DNA of 64,000 nt. Source: an uncultured beta proteobacterium. GTDB taxonomy: Bacteria; Pseudomonadota; Gammaproteobacteria; Burkholderiales; SG8-41. Positions 30,258 through 40,231 of the stretch are shown here, in pieces (positions within the stretch are counted from its first letter, which is position 1; every line of letters starts with the position of its first letter). The notes below the pieces were generated by a model. The model searched no databases. It was given only the letters and a program-made list of their open reading frames with translations, and had not been told where the DNA came from. The DNA lies in the NCBI GenBank assembly GCA_963828715.1, contig CAWHFX010000018.1, positions 9,178-73,177 on the forward strand. The letters run 5' to 3'. The position numbers were made by a program, and so were the translations under genes.

Positions 30258-33221
30258 GCCGAGGCTCGCGAGCGTGACCGAGGGCTCCCGGCACGATCGC
30301 CACCGGAGGAAGAAAGCCGCGCTTGCCCTGGTACCACGCGGCCGATTCGCCCGCGACCACCGCGAGGGCGTGTTCCGGCGTGTGCGCGACGAAGCCGGTC
30401 GAGCGGAGCTCCCACAACGCGCCGGACTCCGCGTCGAGGCAGGCGAGCCAGATCCAGCGGTTACGCACGAGCCGTTCGATGTTCGGGTTGGCCTCGACGA
30501 CACGCCGCAGGCGATCGCGCGTGCCCTCCACCACAATCGCCAGCCGGGTGGGCTCGTGGATCTCGACCATCTGCCAGGGAAGACCGGTGCGCAAATCGCT
30601 CTGCGCACCGTCCATGACGCCAAGGAGCGACGTCACGTTGTGCGGCAGCTTGGTGCCGCAGCCGTATCCGGTCGGATCGACGTAGCTGAAGTAGTACTCG
30701 AGGTTGATCCCGGCGACGACGGGCACGACGGCGGCCATGATGCGCGCGAGGATCGCGCCATCGTCGTCGCGCGACGGATCGTACGAGACCAGGAACGCGC
30801 GGCGGTCGAGGAACAATCCTCGTGTTCGCGTCCGCCGACCGATGATGCAGAACGCGTTCGTCGCATGGCCGTACTCGGGACGCGGCTGCGCCAGATCGTC
30901 GGCGCGCCCCTGCACGTGCGCGAGCGCCGCCGCCGGCGGATACCAATGCGGGACGCCGTCGAACCGGCGGCACCGTTCGTGCGCCTCGCGACGCCTCGTC
31001 GTCTCAATCGCGTCCACGGCTCGCTCGAACAGCGGTCGGCGAGACGCGGGAAGGAGATCCTCGTCGAAGAACGTCACCTCGTTGTTGCAGGTGTTGCGCT
31101 GGGCTCCGACGAACCACGTGGTCGCGTCGATCGCCAGGCCCTCGGCGGCAAGCAGCCGGCGCACGCGCGGATCGTTGGCCATCTGCGCGAAGGCGCGGGC
31201 GTTCGGCCCACCCCGTCCGCCACCGCACGCCCCGCAGTCATGAGCCGACTCGTGGGGATTGTTGAGGCTGATCGATCCGTGTCCGATCACGAGCACGAGC
31301 GGCGAGAGGCGATCGCGAATGCCGAGGTCTTCAATGACGCGACGGACGATATCCGCCATCTCCCGCACGGTGAACCCGGAATACTTCCCGATGGGCGGCG
31401 CCTCGTCCTCGCGATCCAGTTGCAGGCGGGTTCGGCTGGCGGTGAATGGAGGTCTGCTGGATCCGGCGCCATCGTGACGAGAGCCATGGGAAGACCACGC
31501 GCAGGACCAGCGGAACGAGCGCCAGCCAGCCGAACGCCGTCATCAGCACCGCGCCGCGCATCGGCAGCCGGCTTCCCAGATGCACGTTGTAGCCGAGGAA
31601 GCCGGCGGCCCGCCGGTGCAGACGCCGCGTGCGCTGCATGAGGCGATCCCCGTCCGCTTCGATTTCGGCGACGTAGTGGTCGGGACGAATCGCCACAGGG
31701 CAGAGCGGCCGCGGGTGAGCGTCCGTCACGCCCTCGTGATACATCGCCACGTTGAAGAAGCCGGCGGTGCTGAACGTCTCGCAGGCTGGCTCGACCTCCT
31801 CCAGGTGCCGGCGAAACGATTCCTCCCGCTCGTCGATGCAGAAAATCGCCTGGAACGCCGGCGGCCCGGGAGGCCCGTGCGGTGTGTGGTGCATGAGCGC
31901 GTCGTACAGGCGATGACGAATCGCTCGCTCGAACGCCTGGTGCAGGATGCGACGCCGGCGCACGCCGTCGAGCTGTCGCAGCTCGGATTCGAGCTCCGCC
32001 ACGTGCCGCGGCGTCCACTGCTCGACGATCGACGGATCGAGGCCGCAGAGCTGTGCGACGTGAAAGAGCGGCCACGCCCGTTCGATGGCCGTCGGAGGCG
32101 ATGCGACAGGGAGCTGATCCCGAAGCCAGTCGCGGAGCTGCCGACAAAGGTCCAGCTGAAGGAGAGTTGTCGCGCCGCCTCGTCGAGCGCGGCCCGTTCG
32201 AACAGCAGGCGCACCGCGAGGTATCCGCGCAACGTGACCGTGAGATCCCGTGCCGGGACACGGTCGGGCCGCTCTTCGATCTGACGCACGATGCCGGCCC
32301 AGCCTCGCAGGGCGAGCAATTCGGCGCGCAGATAGTCGACGCACTCGTCATCGTCGACACCGAGCTGAGCCGAGGGAGTGGGCGATCGAGTCGAGCGCGT
32401 TCCGCTCGGCGGCGTGGTCGTCGGCGACGAGGCGAGGGAGCGTTCGGGCCCAACGGCCGCACTGCGCCGCCAGCGACGTGCGGTAGATCTCCAGAAAGCA
32501 ACCATGGATCCCGCGGTCCCTCTCGGGCATGGACCAGTGCGCGAGACCCTGATCGAGGTAACCAGCCAGGAATCGAATGAGCGGCGGATGGATCCAGGCA
32601 TCGGTGTCGACACCGTGCACGGCGAGCAGCCAGTCGCGATGGCGAACCGGAGTCTCCACGCGCGGGAACCGGCGACGTGTCGGCGCGTCGCACCGCCTCG
32701 AGGCACGCGTTCCACAACCGGCGCACCGCCTGCCGTTCGTCGTCCACGCGATCGTTCAGTTCGCGCAGCGCGATCAACGCCGACCGGGCGCTCGCCGGCA
32801 CATCGGTGCGGAATCGGGACAAGGCCTCGGTTTCCTCGAGGATCCACGAGAGCTCCCGCCCCGTCGCGTCTGGAATGCCGTGCAGCACCACGGCCCGCCA
32901 GAGATCGAGCCGCGATCCGACGCCCGCGACATCCTCCGTCGCGCTGGCGCCCAGTTGTTCGAGGAGCAGGGCTTCGACGTCTCTCGGGCGAATGCGGCCG
33001 GACGCCAGCTTGTCGCGATATCGCGACTCGGCCAGGAACGGCTCGCGCCCGAGCCGGATCGCGGCATGCTCGACCGCCTCTTCGAACGGCAGGTGCTCGA
33101 ACGCGTGCAGCGTGTTGTGGTGAATGAAGATGCTGATCGGCCCCTGCGCCGGCAGCAGATGCGCGAGCTGATCGATCACGCGCGTCAGCGGATGGTCCGG
33201 TGAGCCGGCGTCGGTGAGCAT
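30258..33221 (-). pseudogene. dabA: DabA (DUF2309) inorganic-carbon pump subunit, at least 4 frameshifts
   Basis: N-terminus ...LLPAQGPISIFIHHNTLHAFEHLPFEEAV; middle FLAGYLDQGLAHW, AIFCIDEREESFRRHLEE; C-terminus GHGSISLNNPHESAHDCGACGG..., PHNVTSLLGVMDG. The pieces occupy five frames, with changes near 32665, 32370, 32155 and 31430. The 3' end is ill-defined, with no clean stop before dabB. Confidence 0.8.
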
Positions 33222-33267
33222 CGACGGCCTTGATAGTATATTAATATTACTATATTATTCTTTACGA
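33222..33267. promoter_or_regulatory. 46-bp AT-rich divergent control region between dabA and arsR-family gene, with palindrome ATATTAATAT
   Basis: cgacggccttgatagtatattaatattactatattattctttacga. It is nearly pure A/T in a very GC-rich context. The 10-bp perfect palindrome is at 33237..33246. Confidence 0.6.
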
Positions 33268-33657
33268 ATGCCGCAGAAGCGAGGCGCGAGGCGCAGCGAG
33301 CCGGTCGTCGCCGGCGAGCTTCAGACGTTCAAGGCGCAGTTCTTTCGCGCGCTCGCCCATCCCACCCGGATCCGAATGCTGGAGATCCTCGTGCGAGGCG
33401 GACGCACGGTCCAGGAGCTGCAGGAGGCATTGGCGCTGGACCAGCCGATCGTCTCGCAGCAGCTGGCCGTGCTCCGCAACCAGGGCATCGTGTCGGCGCA
33501 GAAGGAAGGATTGTCGGTGCGATACGCCCTGCGCGACCCGCTCATCGGCGCGCTGCTCGATGTCGCCCGGCGGATTTTTGACAATCGTCTGGGTAACTCG
33601 CGGGGACTGCTGCGTGAGCTGCGGCGAGAGCGCCCTTCGCACCGCCTGTCGCGTTGA
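33268..33657 (+). CDS. ArsR/SmtB-family transcriptional regulator
   Basis: FFRALAHPTRIRMLEILVRGGRTVQELQEALALDQPIVSQQLAVLRNQGIVSAQKEGLSVRYAL is a canonical ArsR wHTH. Start MPQKRG at 33268. Confidence 0.88.
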   Translation: MPQKRGARRSEPVVAGELQTFKAQFFRALAHPTRIRMLEILVRGGRTVQELQEALALDQPIVSQQLAVLRNQGIVSAQKEGLSVRYALRDPLIGALLDVARRIFDNRLGNSRGLLRELRRERPSHRLSR

Positions 33658-33849
33658 GTTCGCCCCTGGCCCCGCGGCGAGGACTGCACCCGTATCAGAC
33701 TGGCTCCGAAGTTCAAAGAGCCATCGCCAGAGGTGCTGTGGGCAGCGGGCTGCACGCACCCGTCACCAGCGGCTAAAGCTGATGCATGCGATGAATTCCG
33801 TTTTGACCGAGATTGAGTGGGTATGGCTGTACGAGTTCGTTGTGGATGC

Positions 33850-34356
33850 TCACTTGGTCCCGGCACTGAGGGGTTCGGGAAGCGAAGTGCTGGACGGATA
33901 GAGCTTTGACATTTCGATCACATGCGCGTTGTCCACGAGGACACCGAACTGAACCCAGGTTGTCGTCGTGATCGGATCGGAGAGGAAGAGACATGTGTAA
34001 TCCCACCCGCCGTGATTTTCGATGCAGAGAAGACGACGCTGAGGGTTGGCAACGAGTCCGAATGCATTCTCTTGCCGAAGACGATTGACGAGCGCCGGTG
34101 CTGTGAGTTTCTGCCGAGTTGATTTGTTGGCATTCAGCCGCGTCACCAACGGCGGTTTTGCGAAGGCGGCGCGTTGCTGCTCGAGACTCTGGCGGAGCTG
34201 CGCCGCCTGGCGTTCCCCGTCCCGCTCGAGCATTCGCACTGTGTCTTGCTGTCGCTTCACCTGATAACCGAAAGCGATCAGGCTGTTTGCCAACAACCAG
34301 AGTAGGTAGAGAAGCACCGAACCGAGCAAGAGGCGCTTTACCCGTTGGCGTGACAT
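33850..34356 (-). CDS. Hypothetical membrane-anchored protein (N-terminal TM, coiled-coil-like segment)
   Basis: Start MSRQRVKRLLLGSVLLYLLWLLANSLIAFGY at 34356. It lies in a locally lower-GC stretch. No family recognised. Confidence 0.4.
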   Translation of the reverse strand: MSRQRVKRLLLGSVLLYLLWLLANSLIAFGYQVKRQQDTVRMLERDGERQAAQLRQSLEQQRAAFAKPPLVTRLNANKSTRQKLTAPALVNRLRQENAFGLVANPQRRLLCIENHGGWDYTCLFLSDPITTTTWVQFGVLVDNAHVIEMSKLYPSSTSLPEPLSAGTK

Positions 34357-34919
34357 GATCAGCGCTCCGACGGGCAAAACCCATGCCTTGCGTCGAACCC
34401 TGCCCCGCACGACTAAAACACTCAACTCAATGGCAAGACTGGCGAGCGTCGAATTTCAAAAACAAGCGGAGCTCCGTCAAATTGGTGATCACCCCCGGTG
34501 ACGGTTTCGCGCTTAGTGTGCTTCAGCGGTAGTGGGCCGGGTCTGGGAAGCGGAGAACCCACTGGGAGTTCCGCACCCATCACGGTCGTTCTGAACTGGA
34601 TGGCCGCCCTCAAGCGATGAACGCGGAAGACTCGAGGCCTTCTAACGGGTCGCCGCGCGGGTCCACAACTACCACCTTCGTCTGGCTGGCAGGCTCCGAT
34701 GTAGCGATTCCAAATCGCTAGCGCCGGAGGGCGTGTTCGGACATAATCAGCGCGCTCCCAAACTTTCGAAAACATGACTCCTGCCACTGGCAGCCGCTGG
34801 CCGTACGAGATTGGTGTCCCATCCGACTCCCCCGCCACACGGCTCAGTCGAGACCACGCCGAAGCTCTCTGCCAATCGCACCCGAGCCACGTGAGTCGTA
34901 GCCAAGCGAAAAGAACGCG

Positions 34920-37536
34920 ATGAAAGCTGGTGACACGCTCGGGGCGTATCGCGTCCTGGGCAAGCTTGGCGAAGGCGGAATGGGTGAGGTCTATCGCGCG
35001 CGCGATACGAAGCTCAATCGCGACGTCGCGATCAAGGTCCTGCCGGAGATCTTCGCGCTCGATCCGGATCGCCTGGCGCGGTTCACGCGCGAGGCGCAGT
35101 GCTGGCGTCGCTGAACCATCCGAACATCGCCGCGATCTACGGGATCGAGGGAGCAGGCGCTGGTGATGGAGCTGGTCGACGGCGAGGACCTGTCGGCAAT
35201 CATCGCGCGCGGTCCGATGCCGATCGCCGAGGCGCTCCCAGTCGCGCGGCAGATTGCGGACGGCGCTCGAAGCGGCGCACGAACAGGGCATCGTCCATCG
35301 CGATCTGAAGCCGGCGCAACATCAAGGTCCGCGCCGACGGCACGGTGAAGGTGCTCGACTTCGGCCTCGCGAAGGGCGATGGATCCGGCATGGCGTCTGT
35401 CGAGCGCGGACGCGATGCACTCACCGACGCTGACGGCGCGTGCGACCCAGCTCGGCGTGATTCTCGGAACGGCGGCCTACATGGCGCCGGAGCAGGCGCG
35501 CGGCAAGGCGGTGGACAGGCGCGCCGATATCTGGTCATTCGGCCTCGTCGTTTACGAGATGCTGACGGGTCGCCGCGCCCTCCAGGGAGAGGAAATCGTC
35601 CGACGTGCTTGCCGCCGTGCTGCGCCAGGACATCGACTGGTCCGCGCTGCCATCCGACACGCCGCCGCGTCTGCGCCGGCTCCTCGAGCGTTGTCTCGAT
35701 CGCGACGTCAAGCAGCGCCTGCGCGATATCGGCGAGGCGCGAATCGCGCTGGGAAGCGCCATCGAGTCCGAACCGGCGCCCGGCCGCCCGGCGCGGCGCT
35801 CGCCGCTCTGGGTGCTTGCGGCGCTGGCGTCCGCGTCTTTGGCTGTGGCGGCGTTCGTGGTGTTGAACCGGCCGGCCGCACTTCAGAAACCCTCGATTCG
35901 CTTCACGATTCCGCTTCCGCCTGGCGAGGAGATCACGTCGTACCCAGCGATTACACGCGACGGTCGCACACTCGCCTATGTCACCGAGCGGGGGGCCAAC
36001 GATGCGCAACTCTACCTGCGCGATCTGAATGCGTTCGAACCGCGCGTAGTGGCGGGATCGAGCGGCGCGCGTCAGCCGTTTTTTTCACCTGACGGCAAAT
36101 GGATTGCGTTCTTCGCCCAGGGTCAGCTGCAAAAGGCCGAGGTGACCGGCGGTGCTCCCGTCCGGCTGACCGAAGCCGCATATCCTTTCGGCGGGACGTG
36201 GAACGACGACGACACGATCATTTACGCCGCATCGCTCGGCTCAGGCCTCCTGCGGATCAGAGCGAGCGGCGGCAGTCCTGAATCACTGACCAAACCTGAC
36301 GGCGCGGCACAAGGATACGCTCACGTGTTTCCGCAAACGCTTCCCGGTGGACGGAGCGTGCTGTTCACGATGTGGGGACAGACACAGGGCAGCAAGGTAC
36401 TATTCCTGGATTCAGGCCAGTCGGATCTGATCCTGCGGGGGGAGAATTTCGCCGCCGCGACCTTCCAGGCAACCGGCGGCTCGAGCGGTCGTCTGCTGCT
36501 GTCCGATCAGGTCGCCGGCATCCGGGCGGCGCCGTTTGACGTCGCCCACCCGGTGCCGACGAGCGCCGATGCGTCGGTGCTGACGAACGTGAACTACGAG
36601 GTGGAAACCGAAAGCGTCGGCTGGCTGGCGGTCTCGAACACCGGCACCGCCGTGTACGCGACTGGCAACCCGTCGCGAGCGTCGCTGGTCTGGGTCGATC
36701 GCGCGGGAAAAATCGAGTCGCTCGGCACCGGGCAGGAGAAGTATCGGGAGGCCAGCCTCTCGCTCGACGGACAGAAGGCCGTCGTCAGGGACGGTCTCGA
36801 CCTCTGGATTCATGACCTGCAGCGCGGCACGCGAAGCCGCCTGACCTCGGGCACCGGCAGCAATATCCTTCCGCAGTGGAGCCGCGACGGCACACGGATC
36901 GTGTTCGCGTCGAATCGAGGTGGCGACTGGGACATCTACGGGCAACCGGCCGATGGGGCGCGGCCTGCGGAAGCGCTGCTCAAGCGGCCTCACGATCAGT
37001 TTCCACTTGCGCTGCTGGCCGACGGGACGCTGCTCTACACCGAGATCGATCCGAAGACCGGCCGGGACCTCTGGATTCTGTCTCCGGATGGGAAGACCTC
37101 TCCATTGCGGGTCACGCCTTACAACGAAACCGCGGGTCAGTTCTCCCCGGGCCCGGAGGGCGGCCCTCGCTGGCTCGCTTATTCATCCGACGAATCGGGA
37201 CGGAGCGAGATCTACGTGCAGTCATATCCGGGCGGCGCGAACAGGATCCCGGTCTCGACCGGCGGTGGCATCCTGCCGATGTGGTCGCCCGACGGCAAGG
37301 AACTGTTCTATGTGACAGGAGACGCGGTCGTGGCCGTGCCGTTGCGGCCTGACGGGTCCTTCGGCGCGCCTCAACGGCTATTCGACCGATCGACCATGCT
37401 GTTCAATCACCGGTTCCACAGCTACGGTGTCTCGCACGACGGCAAACGGTTCCTCGTGATTCTGCGCGATCCGGGATCGGTGCCGCGGCAGCTCAACGTG
37501 ATTCTCAACTGGACTGACGAGATCGGCCGACCATGA
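34920..37536 (+). pseudogene. Ser/Thr protein kinase with TolB-like beta-propeller region; 6 indels confined to the kinase domain
   Basis: Kinase pieces [27 protein letters not shown] / [16 protein letters not shown] / LVMELVDGEDLS / IVHRDLKPA / VKVLDFGLAK / GTAAYMAPEQARGK are scattered over three frames. Changes are near 35099, 35155, 35262, 35317, 35375 and 35598. From 35605 to 37536 a single 643-aa frame is open (TM plus FSPDGK/WSPDGK blades). Confidence 0.85.
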
Positions 37537-37664
37537 GTGTCGCCGCGGGTACACGACTCGGCTCGTACGAAATCAGCGCCGCAGGGGTTCTGGGTCAGGA
37601 GGGCAATGACCGACTGCGAGTTGCGGATCGAGGCGCCTGCCCGGCACACGGCAGGACGGCATGA
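37533..37664 (+). pseudogene. 43-codon relic of a kinase gene, ATGA-overlapped with both neighbours
   Basis: MSVAAGTRLGSYEISA... matches the N-terminal consensus of the neighbouring kinases (compare MPLTSGARLGSYEIVS at 5250), then diverges. Its ATG overlaps the upstream stop (37533..37536) and its TGA overlaps the downstream ATG (37661..37664). Confidence 0.5.
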
Positions 37665-40231
37665 GTAGCGTCACGTCAGGCGTCCACCTCGGGCCATATC
37701 TGATTACGCAGCCTATCGGTGCGGGCGGAATGGGCGAGGTGTACCGCGCCCGCGACACCAGGCTCGATCGCGACGTCGCGATCAAGGTCCTTCCCACGCT
37801 GATTGCGCAGGATTCCAATCGTCGTGCGAGGTTCGAACGTGAAGCGCGCGCCGTCGCGGCGTTGACCCACCCGAACATCCTCGCGATTCACGACGTCGGC
37901 ACGCACGACGGCACGCCATACCTGGTGACCGAATTGCTCGAAGGCGAAACGCTGCGTCAGCGGCTTGGGGAAGGAGCCCTGACGCCGCGCAAAGCTGTCG
38001 AGATCGCCGTCCAGATTGCCAGCGGGTTGGCGGCGGCGCACGAAAAGGGCATCGTCCACCGCGACCTCAAGCCGGAGAACGTCTTCGTCACCCGTGTCGG
38101 CCGGGTCAAGATCCTCGACTTCGGGCTGGCCGCACAGTTGACCGACAACGCCGGCGATGCCGACTCGCCGACGATCGCTGGCGGCACCGAGCCCGGCGTG
38201 ATCCTGGGCACCGTCGGGTACATGTCGCCGGAGCAGGTCCGCGGCGCGAAAGTCGATCATCGAACTGACATCTTCGCCCTGGGCGCCGTCCTCTTCGAGC
38301 TGCTCACCGGGCGGCGCGCGTTTCAGCGCGACACGTCCGCCGAGACCATGACGGCGATCCTGAAAGAGGACGTTCCGGAACTCTCGTCGACGGGACGCCA
38401 AGTACCACCACCGCTCGATCGCATCGTCCGGCGGTGCCTGGAGAAGAATGCCGACGAGCGGATGCAGGACGCCCGCGACGTCGCGATCGCGCTCGAGGCC
38501 GTCTCAGGCAGCGATGTGTCGACGTCCTTCAGCGCGCTCGAGCCGCCGATGACGTCGCGCCGATCCTGGCGACTCCTGGCGCTTGCCATCGCGCTTCTCG
38601 TCGCCGGCGCTGGCCTGGGCTTTCTCGCCGCGGCAATGAGGACGCCAGCCGCGGTGTCCTCCGAGCTGCCTCGCTTCCGCCAGCTGACGTTCCGACGAGG
38701 CGATGTCCGCAACGCACGGTTTGCGCCCGACGGTCAGAACATTCTCTACAGCGCCCTCTGGGATGGTGAGCCGCAACGCATCTACTCGGTTCGTCTTGAA
38801 CGCCCCCGCGCCGACGCTCCGGCGATAGTCGACGCCCTGCTGCTCGCCGTCTCCCTCTCGGGCGACATGGCCATCGCCACTGGTCCGCAGCGTGAGAATC
38901 TCTTCGTCGATCGTGGGACGCTGGCGCAGATTCCGCTGAGCGGCGGTGCACCTCGCGAGTTGCTGGAGGGCGTCAGCCAGGCCGACGTTGGAGCCGACGG
39001 ACGCATCGCGGTCGTGCGTTCGGACCGCGGTCGCATGCGGCTCGAGTTCCCCATCGGCACGCTGCTCTACGAGACAGCGGGATGGCTGTCGTTCCCGCGC
39101 GTGTCACCCGACGGCAAACGCGTCGCCTTTAACGAGCACCCGTTGCACGACGATGACCGTGGGTGGCCCGCGATGGTGGAGGTGGCGAGCAAGGCCAAGC
39201 GGAATCTGCTGCCTGAACAAGACTCGGTCTCCGGTCTCGCTTGGACGCCTGACGGCCAGAGAGTCTGCTTCGGAAGCTTCGCGTCGATCCTGTGCACACC
39301 GATCGAGAAACCTGCATTACGGGTCGTGGCGAGAGGCACGCAGTGGTTGGTGCTCCAGGACATTGCCAGCGACGGCCGGATGCTCGCCGTGACGCAGGGC
39401 ATGCACGGGGCACAGGTGGCAGGCGAAGTGGGCGGGCGCGAAGTCGACCTCTCGTGGCAGGACGTCGCGTTTCCGGTCGATTTCAGCCCAGATGGCCAGC
39501 GTCTCCTGTTCGGAAGCCTGGACTACGGGGTCCATCTTCGCGGGCTCGACGGCGGTCCGCCGATCCGGCTCGGAGAGGGCATTCCGGCAGGGATCTCACC
39601 AGATGGTCGATCTGTGCTCGCGCTCGCGCCTGGGGTGCCGACGACGATCGCGATTGTCCCGACTGGCGCCGGTTCGACTCGGACCCTGCCCCGCGGGGCA
39701 CTCGACGCGCATACCGGGGCGGCGTGGATGCCTGACGGCCGTCATGTCGTGATTTCAGCATCCGAGCCCGGGCACGGCTCGCGCCTCTACCTCCAGGACA
39801 CGGTTGGCGGCGAACCGCGGGCTTTCAGCGGTGAGGGCGCACGGCTCACGACGTATCTGCCGCGGGTCGTGTCACCAGACGGCCGCTTCGTGATCGCGGT
39901 CGCACCGGATCAGCGACCCGCGCTCTACCCCATCGCTGGTGGCGACCCCCAGCCGATCGCGGCGCTCGGGAACGACCTCATGCCGATCGGGTGGGGTGAA
40001 AGTTCCGAAGCCATCTTCGCGAAGGGCCGCACGCTCGGTCGTCTGGTCCCCGTGTTCAAGATCGATCTCACGACCGGACGCCGCCAGCCGCTGAAGGAGG
40101 TCGGCCCGGCCGACCCGACGGGCGCTCCGATGGTTTTGTCGGTCCAGGTCTCACGCGACGGCCGCCGTTACGCCTACTACGTGTCGCAGCCGCTCGGGAC
40201 CGTCGTGCTCATCGAAGGCGTCAAGCCGTGA
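37661..40231 (+). CDS. Ser/Thr protein kinase with TM segment and large beta-propeller-like C-terminal region, intact
   Basis: [46 protein letters not shown]; a TM segment near aa 300; FAPDGQ/VSPDGK/FSPDGQ/ISPDGR/VSPDGR blade signatures. 856 aa. Confidence 0.9.
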   Translation: MSSVTSGVHLGPYLITQPIGAGGMGEVYRARDTRLDRDVAIKVLPTLIAQDSNRRARFEREARAVAALTHPNILAIHDVGTHDGTPYLVTELLEGETLRQRLGEGALTPRKAVEIAVQIASGLAAAHEKGIVHRDLKPENVFVTRVGRVKILDFGLAAQLTDNAGDADSPTIAGGTEPGVILGTVGYMSPEQVRGAKVDHRTDIFALGAVLFELLTGRRAFQRDTSAETMTAILKEDVPELSSTGRQVPPPLDRIVRRCLEKNADERMQDARDVAIALEAVSGSDVSTSFSALEPPMTSRRSWRLLALAIALLVAGAGLGFLAAAMRTPAAVSSELPRFRQLTFRRGDVRNARFAPDGQNILYSALWDGEPQRIYSVRLERPRADAPAIVDALLLAVSLSGDMAIATGPQRENLFVDRGTLAQIPLSGGAPRELLEGVSQADVGADGRIAVVRSDRGRMRLEFPIGTLLYETAGWLSFPRVSPDGKRVAFNEHPLHDDDRGWPAMVEVASKAKRNLLPEQDSVSGLAWTPDGQRVCFGSFASILCTPIEKPALRVVARGTQWLVLQDIASDGRMLAVTQGMHGAQVAGEVGGREVDLSWQDVAFPVDFSPDGQRLLFGSLDYGVHLRGLDGGPPIRLGEGIPAGISPDGRSVLALAPGVPTTIAIVPTGAGSTRTLPRGALDAHTGAAWMPDGRHVVISASEPGHGSRLYLQDTVGGEPRAFSGEGARLTTYLPRVVSPDGRFVIAVAPDQRPALYPIAGGDPQPIAALGNDLMPIGWGESSEAIFAKGRTLGRLVPVFKIDLTTGRRQPLKEVGPADPTGAPMVLSVQVSRDGRRYAYYVSQPLGTVVLIEGVKP

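Noticed and set aside
28900-31368. 822-aa ORF that looks like one very large protein
   Set aside because: It is a read-through artefact. Its first about 350 residues are the C-terminal part of DabA (DUF2309). A long Arg/Ala/Gly-rich middle is out-of-frame sequence kept open by high GC. Its last about 230 residues are the C-terminal part of the NuoL-like DabB.
34422-35291. 289-aa minus-strand ORF spanning the start of the kinase gene
   Set aside because: Its upstream half is antisense to recognisable kinase subdomains. Only the last about 117 codons lie in unassigned DNA, and they are Arg/Pro-rich. It is kept only as a note in the islet finding.
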